From contig NIVC01002636.1 of NCBI GenBank assembly GCA_002269645.1, forward strand, positions 1-41,958: a DNA stretch of 41,958 bases, written 5' to 3'. The position numbers were made by a program, and so were the translations under genes. This document shows, piece after piece, positions 11,201-22,925 of this stretch. The DNA comes from Macrostomum lignano (lineage: Eukaryota). The notes below the pieces were generated by a model. It made no database searches and had not been told where the DNA came from. It was given only the letters and a program-made list of their open reading frames with translations. The first letter of the stretch is position 1. Each line of letters begins with the position of its first letter.

Positions 11201-12422
11201 TGATGCTCTGCGACGCCTGGACTCTGATGCAGCGCTACAGCCTGCCCGTAAAACAGCGCTTGAAGATCGGCTTACGGATTGCGACGTCTCTGCAGTTTCT
11301 TCACTCCAGCGAGCTCGTTCATCAGGATGTTGCACTGAGCAATGTTTGGGTATGAAAACCGACGAGCTATTTTTGTACATGCGTTAAAAGCTTGGCTTTC
11401 TTGCTTTGAAATTGGCTCGAATTATTCTTCTAGGTTAACGAAGATTTGAACAAGGTGAAGTTAGCGCCGTTCGGGATAGTGAAGTGCTACAGCCATAACA
11501 ACCAGCAAACGACCAGCATTCCGGTCTACTTAGCGCCAGAGATTGCCACAGGCAGGTCCAGTCCCGACGCGAGCACTGATGTCTTCAGTCTTGGAATTGC
11601 TCTTTGGTATTTGTTGTGAGTAAGGTGCCTCTTTGGAGGGTAATAAGTCGTAATAATTGATTACACCTGCCCTGATGGCCAGATGTGCAACCGGTACTCA
11701 GCCGCAGCTATTGCGCGGCGCATCTGAAGGCTGCGTACGGCTGTTCAGTCCAATGTATATGATTATGGGGTCGCCACACACCCTCAATTACCCCAGCTAA
11801 TGCTGGCACCCATTTTACAGCTGGGTGAACTGAAGCAATGCAGAGTTAAGTGCCTTGCTCAAGGACACAAATTGTTCCGATTGGAGTCGAGAATCGAACC
11901 CCCGACCTTTCAGTCGTGAGTCAGACGCTCTAACCACTTGGTTAAAACTCCTTCCACTAGGCTACAAACCTCTTCTAGGCAATTTGAAGGGTATGTCACA
12001 CCAAGACTAGCTAAATAAATGCATAGCCTTTTTAAACATCCATCTTCTATGAAAATCTGGAGGTTGTAAGTAATGACCACTAAAAACAGTGCCGGAGGGA
12101 AAACTTCTTGGCCTAACTAAATAGCGTTTGCGTTTGTTGTCCATCCTATTGTGCAGCTCTCTATACACCGGTGCCCCCCATTTACCCCGATTCTTGCAGC
12201 GAAGGCACTGGCAGGCGCCACCCGGAGTACGTTGAGCTCCTGCCCAGCTTCGGGCCAATCCAGCTACCCGGTGCCCAGGACCGCCGACCCAAGCGGCTGC
12301 CGGGCATGCCCGACCAGCTCTGGAGCCTGATGGAGCGCTGTTGGAGCGGCACTCCAGACTCCCGTCCGAGTGCAGAGTCCGCTGCGGACTCCCTGCGGCA
12401 AATTGTGGATTCGCTAAATTAA
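8240..12422 (+). CDS. DSTYK-like: DSTYK/RIPK5-like dynamin-family GTPase fused to a predicted pseudokinase, copy 2 (about 927 aa, 7 exons)
   Basis: Exons 8240-8558, 8747-9119, 9223-10276, 10437-10821, 11103-11349, 11434-11615, 12200-12422. Phases join except for one 1-bp deletion at about 9000 (gacatatcgac vs gacatcatcgac in copy 1). Corrected length is 2784 nt, or 927 aa, close to human DSTYK (929 aa). G1 GQTKSGKS, G2 CTARVT, G3 DSPG, G4 TKMD. The segment YPRVARLHL before the kinase resembles DSTYK PRLARLSL. Confidence 0.85.
11690..11952 (-). mobile_element. tRNA-headed SINE with CORE-like central block, inside intron 6 of copy 2
   Basis: The minus strand reads ggagttttaaccaAGTGGTTAGAGCgtctgactcacgactgaaaggtcgggGGTTCGATTCtcgactcc (A and B boxes, acceptor-stem pairing), then tgtgtccttgagcaaggcacttaac...cagctgtaaaatggg. 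The 3' boundary is approximate. Confidence 0.75.
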
Positions 12423-13757
12423 GTAGTGCCCCTTGCTAGCAGGACTTTTAACTGCTCAACTTCATAGCCATTTCAAAAGAAAATTTTATTTTAGTCATCC
12501 ATCCACTACGTGAAACGGAATAATTGAAACCTTAAAAAAACTGAAAACCTGACATAATTCTAATTGCTTTGTTCCAATTCTATTGATGATTCGAATTTTT
12601 CAAAGTTTAAGCCTATTTGTACATTTACTTAAGTTTGCCACTTCGATGAACTTTTAAGAATGATTCTGGCAAGTAGCCATCATAACATCAGACAAAACGT
12701 TACTAATTCGCTAATATTTGCGTGTTCGATAACTGTTTATTTAGTTTTATATTTTCTTGTCACTCGGATAGAAGCAAAAATTGACGTCAATAAAAAATCA
12801 TGCCATCCTTTCATTACTAATCAGGATAACAAAGCTGAAGGATTCCAAAGGCGCTTTGAGGAATACTTCAATTTTTTGTGCTTTAAAAAATCTTTTTACT
12901 TTGTAATACCTATAAAAATTGTTGAGGTAAAAAGCGGAAACAGACTAGTCAGAGTCAGGCTGCTCAATGCAAGCCAAAAATGAACACAAAATCAATACAG
13001 GTGGAGACCTGCGTATTTAATGTCAGCCGTGTGCCAACCGTGTCTCATCATTACATGCTACTAATGGCAGTTAAACTTGCACAATGGAAGAGAAAACTTC
13101 GCTACGAGTATATAGATCGTGACTAATTTTGTTAGTAATCGACAACAAAAAGTTTAAAAGCTCAGAAACATTTTGTTTAAACGCGATAATTCGATAAGTG
13201 AACTAAGCTTAGGTATATAGTAATTAATGCCTGCCTGCTAAATGTAGATATAGATGATCAATATCGAATAGGCGACTACTATAAACAGAACAGTGAGAAT
13301 ACAGGAAAAGCAGTACAAAACACTGGAGTTTGCTGTCGAAATTATGTGTTGCCGAAAGAAAGTTTAATTAAACTTTAATTTTTTGTTGGTCTATCACTGC
13401 ATTTTAAGGTGAAACAAAAAAAATATTAAATTAAAATTTCAATCTCCGATACTACCTCTTATTAAACGTTTGAATTGATTGCCTAGGGCAATTTTAAAGG
13501 CATATACATTTTTCTATTCAGTACGTAAATGAAGCTTTGGATAGCAAGCAAGCAGACTGCAGGTCCAAGACCTGTTTGACAAAGAAAGCATGCTTTTCCA
13601 CGGTAAATATCATAATAATTGCTAAATTGGGTTTCAAAAGGTAAGGTTTATATGACCAATAACATGATTCAGCATCTAAATATCTAAAACTCTTTTGTAC
13701 GCTTGTACTTGGGCAATGTTACTTACACAAGTCGAGGCAATGTCTATAGCATGACTG

Positions 13758-14415
13758 CATCATGACTGAGTGTGCATCATGACTGAGTGTGCATCATGAC
13801 TGAGTGTGCATCGTGACTGAGTGTGCATCATGACTGAGTGTGCATCGTGACTGAGTGTGCATCATGACTGAGTGTGCATCGTGACTGAGTGTGCATCATG
13901 ACTGAGTGTGCATCGTGACTGAGTGTGCATCGTGACTGAGTGTGCATCATGACTGAGTGTGCATCATGACTGAGTGTGCATCATGACTGAGTGTGCATCA
14001 TGACTGAGTGTGCATCGTGACTGAGTGTGCATCGTGACTGAGTGTGCATCATGACTGAGTGTGCATCGTGACTGAGTGTGCATCGTGACTGAGTGTACAT
14101 CATGACTGAGTGTACATCATGACTGAGTGTGCATCATGACTGAGTGTGCATCATGACTGAGTGTGCATCATGACTGAGTGTGCATCATGACTGAGTGTGC
14201 ATCGTGACTGAGTGTGCATCATGACTGAGTGTGCATCGTGACTGAGTGTGCATCGTGACTGAGTGTACATCATGACTGAGTGTACATCATGACTGAGTGT
14301 GCATCATGACTGAGTGTGCATCATGACTGAGTGTGCATCATGACTGAGTGTGCATCATGACTGAGTGTGCATCATGACTGAGTGTGCATCGTGACTGAGT
14401 GTGTATCGTGACTGT
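13758..14415. repeat. 17-bp minisatellite, about 38 copies
   Basis: Unit catc(a/g)tgactgagtgtg, just downstream of the SH2D5-like stop codon. Confidence 0.97.
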
Positions 14416-14547
14416 GTATTATGGCTATAGACACAATGCCAAAGGATTACTAAGGATACATTAGCGCTGCAAAATGCTTTCCACAAATTCATATTACCCC
14501 ACCAATAATCACTGTACTCGTAAGTCTTTTGTCCTTCAACACTTTGC

Positions 14548-17500
14548 TCACATGCGCAGCTCAGCCATGATGGAGCTGAAATCGGACAGCCTCTGATAAT
14601 CTTCGTCTGGCGGCAGTCCCAGGCCGTAGGGGCAGCCGACACCATCCTGCTCGTCGCTGGCCGTGGTGGCGCCGCCCAGCGCCCGGTCGTCGGTGTACAC
14701 CGGGTTGTCCTCCTCCTGGCGATGGCGGGGCAGCCGCAGCGGGCAGGGCAGCAGCTCCGGCATTACCGACAGGTGGCACACCAGCGACTGAAGGCCGGGC
14801 CACTCCTAGGACAGGCACCAATGCATTATCAATTAATCACCAGGCCTCATCATGTCCTGAGACTGGACCAACAATCCTTAGACTTGACCGTCCGTGCTTA
14901 GACTAGATCACCAGTCCTTAGACTAGATCACCAGTCCTTAGACTAGATCACCAGTCCTTAGACTAGATCAACAGTCCTTAGACTAGATCACCAGTCCTTA
15001 GACTAGATCACCAGTCCTTAGACTAGATCAACAGTCCTTAGACTAGATCACCAGTCCTTAGACTAGATCACCAGTCCTTAGACTAGATCAACAGTCATTA
15101 GACTAGATCACCAGTCCTTAGACTAGATCAACAGTCCTTAGACTAGATCACCAGTCCTTAGACTAGATCACCAGTCCTTAGACTAGATCACCAGTCCTTA
15201 GACTAGATCAACAGTCATTAGACTAGATCACCAGTCCTTAGACTAGATCAACAGTCCTTAGACTAGATCACCAGTCGTTAGACTAGATAACCAGTCCTTA
15301 GACTAGATCAACAGTCCTTAGACTAGATCACCAGTCCTTAGACTAGATAACCAGTCCTTAGACTAGATAACCAGTCCTTAGACTAGATAACCAGTCCTTA
15401 GACTAGATCAACAGTCCTTAGACTAGATCACCAGTCCTTAGACTAGATAACCAGTCCTTAGACTAGATAACCAGTCCTTAGACTAGATAACCAGTCCTTA
15501 GACTAGATCACCAGTCCTTAGACTAGATAACCAGTCCTTAGACTAGATCAACAGTCCTTAGACTAGATCACCAGTCGTTAGACTAGATAACCAGTCCTTA
15601 GACTAGATCAACAGTCCTTAGACTAGATCAACAGTCCTTAGACTAGATCACCAGTCGTTAGACTAGATAACCAGTCCTTAGACTAGATCAACAGTCCTTA
15701 GACTAGATCACCAGTCCACTGCAAACCAAACTAATCATAATAGAAGGCTACAAGCTCCTCACCTTGGCAAGGCCCTTCAACCGGACGCAGCCGCGCTGAG
15801 TCCGCTGGACAAGGTAGTGTGCGAAGCCGCTCGGATTGTCCGACCGGGCAACCCGGACAGACAGCGCGTAGCAGCCGGGATGTGTGCCGCTGTCCCGCAC
15901 TATGAAGGCGCCGACCTCCTCCCGGCTGAGCAGGCCCAGAGCGGTGTCGCGCGGCATGTCGGCCTGGTACCAGTCGGCGTTCACCGGCGACTCCTCGGCG
16001 CCGGCCTCCTCCGAATCCTCAGCGGACAGCGGCGGCGGCTGCGACGACTGCGCTGATGTAGACGAAGCCGACGCTGGCGAAGATCTGTTTGTGATGTCCG
16101 GTGCGCCAAGTTGGCCGCTGCTACGGTTGAAGCCATCCGGAGTGGGGGACACAACCGACTGGGTGGGAGACACAACCGACTGGGTGGGAGACACAACCGA
16201 CTGGGTGGGAGACACAACCGACTGGGTGGGAGACACAACCGACTGGGTGGGAGACACAACCGACTGGGTGGGAGACACAACCGACTGGGTGGGAGACACA
16301 ACCGACTGGGTGGGAGACACAACCGACTGGGTGGGGAGACACAACCGACTGAGGTGGAAAGACACATCAGAGAAAATTCTTCCAGACTCACCGTGCTGGC
16401 AAAGGCGGCGGTGGCGGCGAGGGAGTCGTGTCACCGACAGTACCCGCGGCTGCAGCAGTTGAAGCTCCATTGCCTGCGATGCCTCCGACGGTTGCGAGAT
16501 ATTCGCGGCCTGACCTGCGATTTCGTCGAGGCTGTTGTTGCTGCTGCTGCTGTTGTTGATGCTGCGTGACAGTTGATTCAGGTAAAGTTTGATCCGTAGT
16601 TGACCACTGCATGTTGGCCAACGAGGAGCTGCTGGACACTGACTGGTCCAAGCAGCAGCTGTTGTCCCTTGGTGGCGGCGGCGGTTGCTGCTGCTGCTGC
16701 TGGGAACCAGCCGACGAACTGCCGAGCTGCGAACAGCGTCGAGTCGACTCATCAGCTAGTGGTGGTGGCGTCGTTTGCTGGGCTGCCTCTGAGCGACGGG
16801 CTGGGCGTTGCTGTTGTTGTTGTTGTTGTTGTTGTTGAATTTGCTGCTGCAGTTGCTGCTGTTGCTCCAGCTGTTGTTTTTGTTGCAGTTGCTGCTGCTG
16901 TTGGTACATTTGCAATTGCTGTTGTACCTGCTGCTGTTTATTGATCGGCTGTGGCTGCTGTAGAGGTTGCTTTTTGACGTACTGTTGTTGCTGTTGTTGT
17001 AACAGAATCTGCTGCTGCTGTTTCTGCTGTTGTTGCTTCTGCTGTTGCTGCAGGGTGTAGGCCAGCTTAAAACAGTCGCCAACCAAATTGTTAAGCTCTT
17101 CGGCTAAGTCCGGGTGCACAGTGACGAATGCGTGGCAGTATTGGAGATTGACCTGAGCCTTGGGCTCGCGAGCCATGAAAGCGAACTGGCAGTGGTCCGG
17201 GTTGCAGCTGGCGTAGGAGATTCGCCTCAGCGCGTGCGCCATGTAGACTGTGCGCCCGAACTCGTCGCAGACCTTTAATCGAATATTAATGCGTTTAAAT
17301 TGGCTTTTTATTACTAAATATCCGCATTTGACATGGAGAAACATCTGCTGTCTGACTTGGTGAGAACAGCTGATTAATAATTAATAAGCGTAACATTTCG
17401 ATCTTGTCGGTAATACAGGAAAACCTAAACAGCCATGATTGGACTTTATAAGGGCTAGCGGGAAATTCCCGAGGATAATTCTTATCTCCCAGGCCCGAAT

Positions 17501-17724
17501 GGCATCACCTTAATGCCGGACAGCGCCAACCAGAGCTGAACCGGTTTGGACCGGTTGTAGTTGCGCATTCTGTCCAGCTCGCGGTGCGCGAATTCTGAGC
17601 GGTGCCGCGGATCCGCGCCCTCAACGGCAAAGGAGCCGATGTAGGCGGCCGCGCGGACCAGAGTCTCGCCGCGTTGCAGAGCAGTCACGTGATCCAAGGC
17701 GGGCGCGGCTGGCACAGATTCCAT
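14548..17724 (-). CDS. SH2D5-like: SH2D5-like PTB + polyQ + SH2 adaptor (about 558 aa, 4 exons)
   Basis: Exons 17724-17509, 17272-16392, 16084-15763 (alternative in-frame acceptor at 16120) and 14805-14548 join in frame to 1677 nt. PTB: AYIGSFAV...GIKVCDEFGRTVYMAHALRRISYASCNPDHCQFAFMAREP...YCHAFVT...DCFKLAY, matching my recollection of SH2D5 MAHALRRILY...CQFAFMAR. SH2: WYQADMPRD...GAFIVRDSGTHPGCYALSVRV...KEWPGLQSLVCHLSVMPELLPCPLRLP. Confidence 0.88.
14901..15716. repeat. 20-bp minisatellite, about 41 copies, in SH2D5-like intron 3
   Basis: Unit gactagat(c/a)a(c/a)cagtcctta, in register throughout. Confidence 0.97.
16143..16351. repeat. 21-bp minisatellite, about 9.5 copies, in SH2D5-like intron 2
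   Basis: Unit gacacaaccgactgggtggga. It accounts for the PTQSVVS repeats in the ORF track. Confidence 0.95.
16800..17050 (-). repeat. Mixed CAA/CAG glutamine-rich coding tract
   Basis: QQQQKQQQQKQQQQILLQQQQQQ...QQQQQQQQQQRP within exon 2 of the SH2D5-like gene. Confidence 0.9.
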
Positions 17725-18460
17725 TCGAGCTGGGCTGCTGCTTGAGGAAGGCGGGGTAGCGCTGGCGGCTGCTTTGAAGCCGCGGTTTACTGAAGTTAGA
17801 TGACAAAGAGGGTATGGTTTAGAAAACTGAGACGATGTTGATGCCTAATAGCTCAATTTTTATAAAAGAAATTGTATGACAAAACCATAGCCTTTTGCTC
17901 TATTATTAGACCTCAATATCTAGTAGGGAGCCTAGGATCTAGTTAAAGATAATATCTAATTTTGGGATGGGAGGGAATTAAAAAGCAGGTTATTTTTAAT
18001 TCATCTTTTCATTATTTGTACATAAATAAAATAAAGCATGCTCTTGAGTTATAAACAAAATTTTATACTATTATATAAAACTTAAAATCACAGTATCTAT
18101 AAAAATAATAAGAAGATAAATATTCAATTTATGATAATTAAAACCCACAAAAGTATAAGTATATAAATTTATAATTTATTTAAGCATTTTTATATTAGAA
18201 TATCTAAGTCTAAACTTTAAAGAAAATCCAATGAGTTGTAAACTCACAGGATGTACAAACAATTTATTTAAATCATTTCTTCTGCTTAAATAATAAATAT
18301 ATGAAAGTAAAAACATATTAAAATGTTTTTTTTAAAGTTTAATTATAAACAATCTATTATTGTGAATTCAAAAAGCAACTGCAAATCTAAATAATAAAAT
18401 ACTTAAAAATGAAATTTCCGCCCCGAATTAAACCTAAAACTACTGATGAATAATGCATAT

Positions 18461-18463
<3 letters not shown>

Positions 18464-18501
<38 letters not shown>
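18464..18501. repeat. (TA)n microsatellite
   Basis: About 19 TA units. Confidence 0.95.
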
Positions 18502-18508
<7 letters not shown>

Positions 18509-19100
18509 AATTCATTAGTCATGTCTTGATGTCTATTTATTGCGTCTAACAAAAATATTTCGACTCATTGGTACTGCTAGCGGAACGAAAAAATAAATAA
18601 GCGCTATATCCTCGGCCTTGAAGCTTGAATATTTCGTTTTATTTTGAAGTGAAAAATTAGCTACGGAACAAATTAAACAATGAACAAATTATTGCACTGT
18701 GGAGCATTGAGCACTTACGCTTTAAGATAGTTGTTTCTTGGAAAGTCTATACGTTTGATTTTCGTTTTATTTTGGTTTCGACCCATAACAATAAAACAAG
18801 TAGTATGCAGACGTAAACAAAAAATTGAACCAAAACTAATCCAGTTTTAATCATTGGTAATGCATACTAAAAAGTTACTGAACAACTTGCTACAAAGTTT
18901 TCAAATTTTATCATGCCCAAACCGAGGACGACTGCTAGAGGAAATATGGTACGTGCATTGCTTCCTCGAGGTGAGCTCCATGTTATTTGAGTTTTTTGAT
19001 TTCTCGCGGAGGTTTCACTTATTTTAGTAAACCGAATTCGACTCAGTGCAATTAAATTGTTCTTAATTTATACTTAATCAGTAATTCTGCATGTATAAAA

Positions 19101-19554
19101 CAAGGACCACTAGAAGTTACCGTTGTATCAGGACGCAACACTCGTAAATATTGCAAAATTATTTGAAGGCCCGCTTGTTTACTACTACTACTACTACTAC
19201 TTTATCTGCTACTACTTTATCTTTATCTGGTCTGCTACTTTATCGAGACTAGGAGGCAATGGTTGAAACAACAAACTTTATTTATTTTAACTGCAATGAA
19301 ATATTGCGTATTGCCGTTACTTTACTGTACGCCCGCCGCTCCTACATGTAGATATAGCGCCAAACTTTGTATCATGAGAAAGAGAACAAAATTTTGAGCA
19401 ACCTGGCGAAAAAAATTATCATTCTAGGTGCAACCAGTCTGGAGTTATGAGCATTTAAAGTTTAGCTGCAATTCAAACAAGCGGGCCTTCAAATAATTTT
19501 GCAATATTTACGAGTGTTGCGTCCTGATACAACGGTAACTTCTAGTGGTCCTTG
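19101..19554. mobile_element. 454-bp MITE with perfect 80-bp TIRs and 8-bp target-site duplication (hAT or P superfamily)
   Basis: 19101-19180 (caaggaccactagaagttacc...ggcccgcttgttt) is the exact reverse complement of 19475-19554. It is flanked by gtataaaa at 19093-19100 and 19555-19562. Termini are CAAGG...CCTTG. Confidence 0.93.
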
Positions 19555-21624
19555 GTATAAAATTTCACAATTAAAAACTTACATGTAGTTATGCTACTTA
19601 CATGTATCTCTAGCTTGAAGCTAAAGATAAGTCTAACCATTCTGCTAAGAGATTGTAAATAAAAGAAATACAGTAGGCTCAAAACAAAACGCTCTAAAGC
19701 GTGGGCTTCTTTCTCTCTATTCTAACCTGTATTGTAGTCGAGTATTTGGACGACCTGGTCGGATTTATTTTACTATATGAAACGCGTCCACGTTACATAC
19801 ATTTATGAGCGTATCATTTCGACGCTACCGAAGTGCATGTACATATAACTGACACAAAGACCACTGTATATAGCTATATACAGTGGTTCTCGACATTGAT
19901 AAATGTAAGAGTAGGCATTTGCTATCAACGTCGATCGAAACCAAAAAAGGCTACCGAGTCACCGACGTCAGAATTTGCGCAGCATGCATGGGGGAATTTG
20001 TGATCGAGTAATACTGCGTGAGCGTGGCTATATATATTTTGACTCGAAACTTGCGCGTGCACGAAGAAAATTGCGGACGCAAAATACATGTGTAACCACA
20101 GCTAAGCTTCATGCCTTTGCCGCGAAGTATAATTATATTTCGTTTCTTTTCCTTTTTCTCATATGATAGCTCCGGCCGCCATCCACTGTCTACGGAAGCT
20201 TTCAGACTCATGAGCTACTAGCTATGGCAAATAATTTCACTCTGTGACCGAACAGAATACCAAAGCTGCTTGATTGAATTTTCCCTTCTTTGAGCTTCTA
20301 ATCTGAGTCATGCAGCTTTCTTAATTGAAGTCCAATTAATCATTTTGATGGACTGAGCTGCACGGGGCCGACGAAACTGATGCAGAGCAAGACTATGCTG
20401 AGCGTAACAATTTTACTCAGAATTTTAATCTAAGATCTCAGAATTAGAATCGCCGACGTACATTTTGGAGAAACGATTTATTTTTATACATTCCAATCAT
20501 ATTGTACGTGTACGCTCGGAATTGACAGTGTTTAAATTGATAAACTGACTCGTTGCAGAACTTGCAGCACCGTGTGTAAACTCCTTATAAATTTTCATCG
20601 ATCGCATTTGAAGGCAGCATCAATCTCAGCACGGTGTTCGTCCAACCCAATTCCGCTCTCTGGGGGCATCATTATTAGTTCCATTGTTGTCGCTGTAGCC
20701 CGCGGTTAGTCAACAATTTGGAGGCTTAAGCCCAAAAGCCAAAACTTTTTTGAGTCATCTTAGCGCGCGTCTCCTACTTCAGGCATGACTGACAGGCACC
20801 CTCTCTCCCAGCTGTCCGTCCATTGAGCAGGCGACTTTTCCCTATTGAGCTATCCCTTACTCAGCTACCCGGAGCGTCCCGACTTCCAAAACCCGCGGTG
20901 CCCCCCCCCTAGGCGTGGCGGGGTCGTCTTTCCTTTCGCTCCGGCACACCGGCCCCGGGCATTGCTGGACGACACTCCCCCGTTTCTTCAAGCCTGAGCA
21001 CCCTAACCGCTCCTCCCCGGCACTCCAGCGGGATTTGCTCATCCGAGATCCAGTTCTCTCATTATTCTAGCTTATATTCTGTCTCGCCTCATTCTGTTCT
21101 TTCCATTACCCGCCTCTCTCTACACACAAACCACCTCTGCGACCAAACGACTTGCCGGGAGGAAAGTTGGACCACACGCGGAGAGCGAGAGCAAGATGAG
21201 AGAAACTCTTCCCTAACACAACGGGGCGGGTGGGCTGAGTTAGTTAATCCGCCTCTTAGCATTTGCTAAGTCATGGCCCGCGGTAGGTGGGCCCGCATTT
21301 TGCGTACTAGTCAAGCTAGAGAGGAGGGAGGTTGAGGAGGCGATGTGCAGCACGCTTAGCCGCTGCGCCACTTTGACCTCCCCTCTCCTCTTCTCCCCGT
21401 CACCCCCACCCTTCCACCTCCCCTCCCCCTGTCCCTGATTCGCATTGTCTGAACCAAACCAAGTTGTCCCCTGCCGCTATACACAACAGAAGAACAGACG
21501 CCAAGCAAAAAAGTGGCGCGCCTTGCGAGCGCGAGGCAAAAGCACTATTGAACTATCCACTGCTCGCCAAGACAGCGGAGCAGTGAATTTGGGCCCGCAG
21601 TCGACCATTCTTGACAAGCTGCCA

Positions 21625-22037
21625 ATGAAACCGGCATCGAGCCGCTGCGGTTCCGCCATCGACCGCATCATCGGCTCGCCGTCCACAGAATTCGACAGTC
21701 TGGAAGCAGACGGCCTGCCCGGCCTCGCCGACTTCAAGGAGGATTCGCTGTATCCCGAGGAGCTCGCTGACGACTATGTCGGCGATGCCGCGTCGGCCAA
21801 CTGCACGCCTCGCTCGACCAGGCGAAGCACCGCCGCTGAGGACGACGATGTAGACGCGGACGCGGAGGCCGAAGCCCTGGCCCGCGAGTCCGAGGACCAC
21901 CTCACGGCGCTGCCAGTACCGTCACGGCCGCCGCCTCCACCGCCTTTACCATCGGCGGTGCCGCCGCCACTGCCCAGTAGGGCACACCTGGGACCTGGGC
22001 GACCGCGAGCGGCTATGACCGCCGGCAGATTCGACCG
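21625..22037 (+). CDS. Putative coding exon (acidic and Pro-rich), possibly the 5' exon of the DUF4140/4139 gene
   Basis: GC-rich open frame 21445-22041 with first in-frame ATG at 21625 and a phase-2 donor gac cg|GTGAGA at 22038. Peptide includes DDDVDADAEAEA and PPPPPPLPSAVPPPLP. No recognisable domain. Confidence 0.5.
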
Positions 22038-22679
22038 GTGAGACCCCAACCCTATTTGATTACATTTACTCTTACCTGTAACCCCGAATAATTTGAGTCC
22101 AAAATAGAATACCAATGCTCTGCAGGCATTTATGGTATATTTAGACGCGAAATAGGAATATAGGAAGAATAGAAATAGGAAGTGGGCGGCAAAGGGAGGG
22201 GGGAATTCCATGGAAGAAATTTTCTTCGCTGCAGCCTCTCAGCACACAGATCGTCTGGAAAAATAGCTTACTCACAACAGGCTCATCTTTTTGCTTCGAT
22301 TCTCTTGCTGCACATCTTTCTCGGGTGAGTGGGCTGACAGTCCGCGTATAATTCTGAGGAAATGTAATTCCCACGGAGCATCCTGCTGCTAATCTGCTCA
22401 TGATTATAAGCCTACCGATATATGATTACTTGCAGAAGAAGGATAAGTGCCAGTAATTGTAGTCGGACCTCCAATTCTAAAGTGATTATTTTGGATTATT
22501 TTTACGCTCGTAACTGTAAGACGCCCGAATGATCGCATTGACAAGCACTGCGGATTGCCTGTGGATTGCTTGTACGCTCGTAGCAAATTGCTCAATATTA
22601 GGTGCTGGATGAGCAGCTAGTGCTTTTAAATATCTTTTAATCAACGCCCGGATCCAAACATGCACTACCATCCCCCATT

Positions 22680-22925
22680 AACATTCACATCAATACACAC
22701 ATCAACATCCACATTAACATCCGCATCAACATCAACATCTACATCAACATCCACATCAACATCCGCATCAACATCCGCATCAACATCCGCATCAACATCC
22801 GCATCAACATCCGCATCAACATCCACATCAACATCAACATAAACATCCACATCAACGTCCACATCAAAATCCGCATCAACATCCAATCAAAATTTGCATC
22901 AACATCCACATCAACATCCAAACCA
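22680..22925. repeat. Degenerate 6-bp microsatellite (ACATCA/ACATCC/GCATCA)
   Basis: It produces the TSTSAS, DVDAD and MLMR spurious ORFs. Confidence 0.9.

Noticed and set aside
11883-11952. Functional tRNA genes here and at 32395 and 38816
   Set aside because: The anticodon arms pair poorly and each head continues into a SINE body.
13758-15716. CRISPR-like regular repeats
   Set aside because: The units are head-to-tail with no unique spacers, there are no cas genes and the context is eukaryotic.
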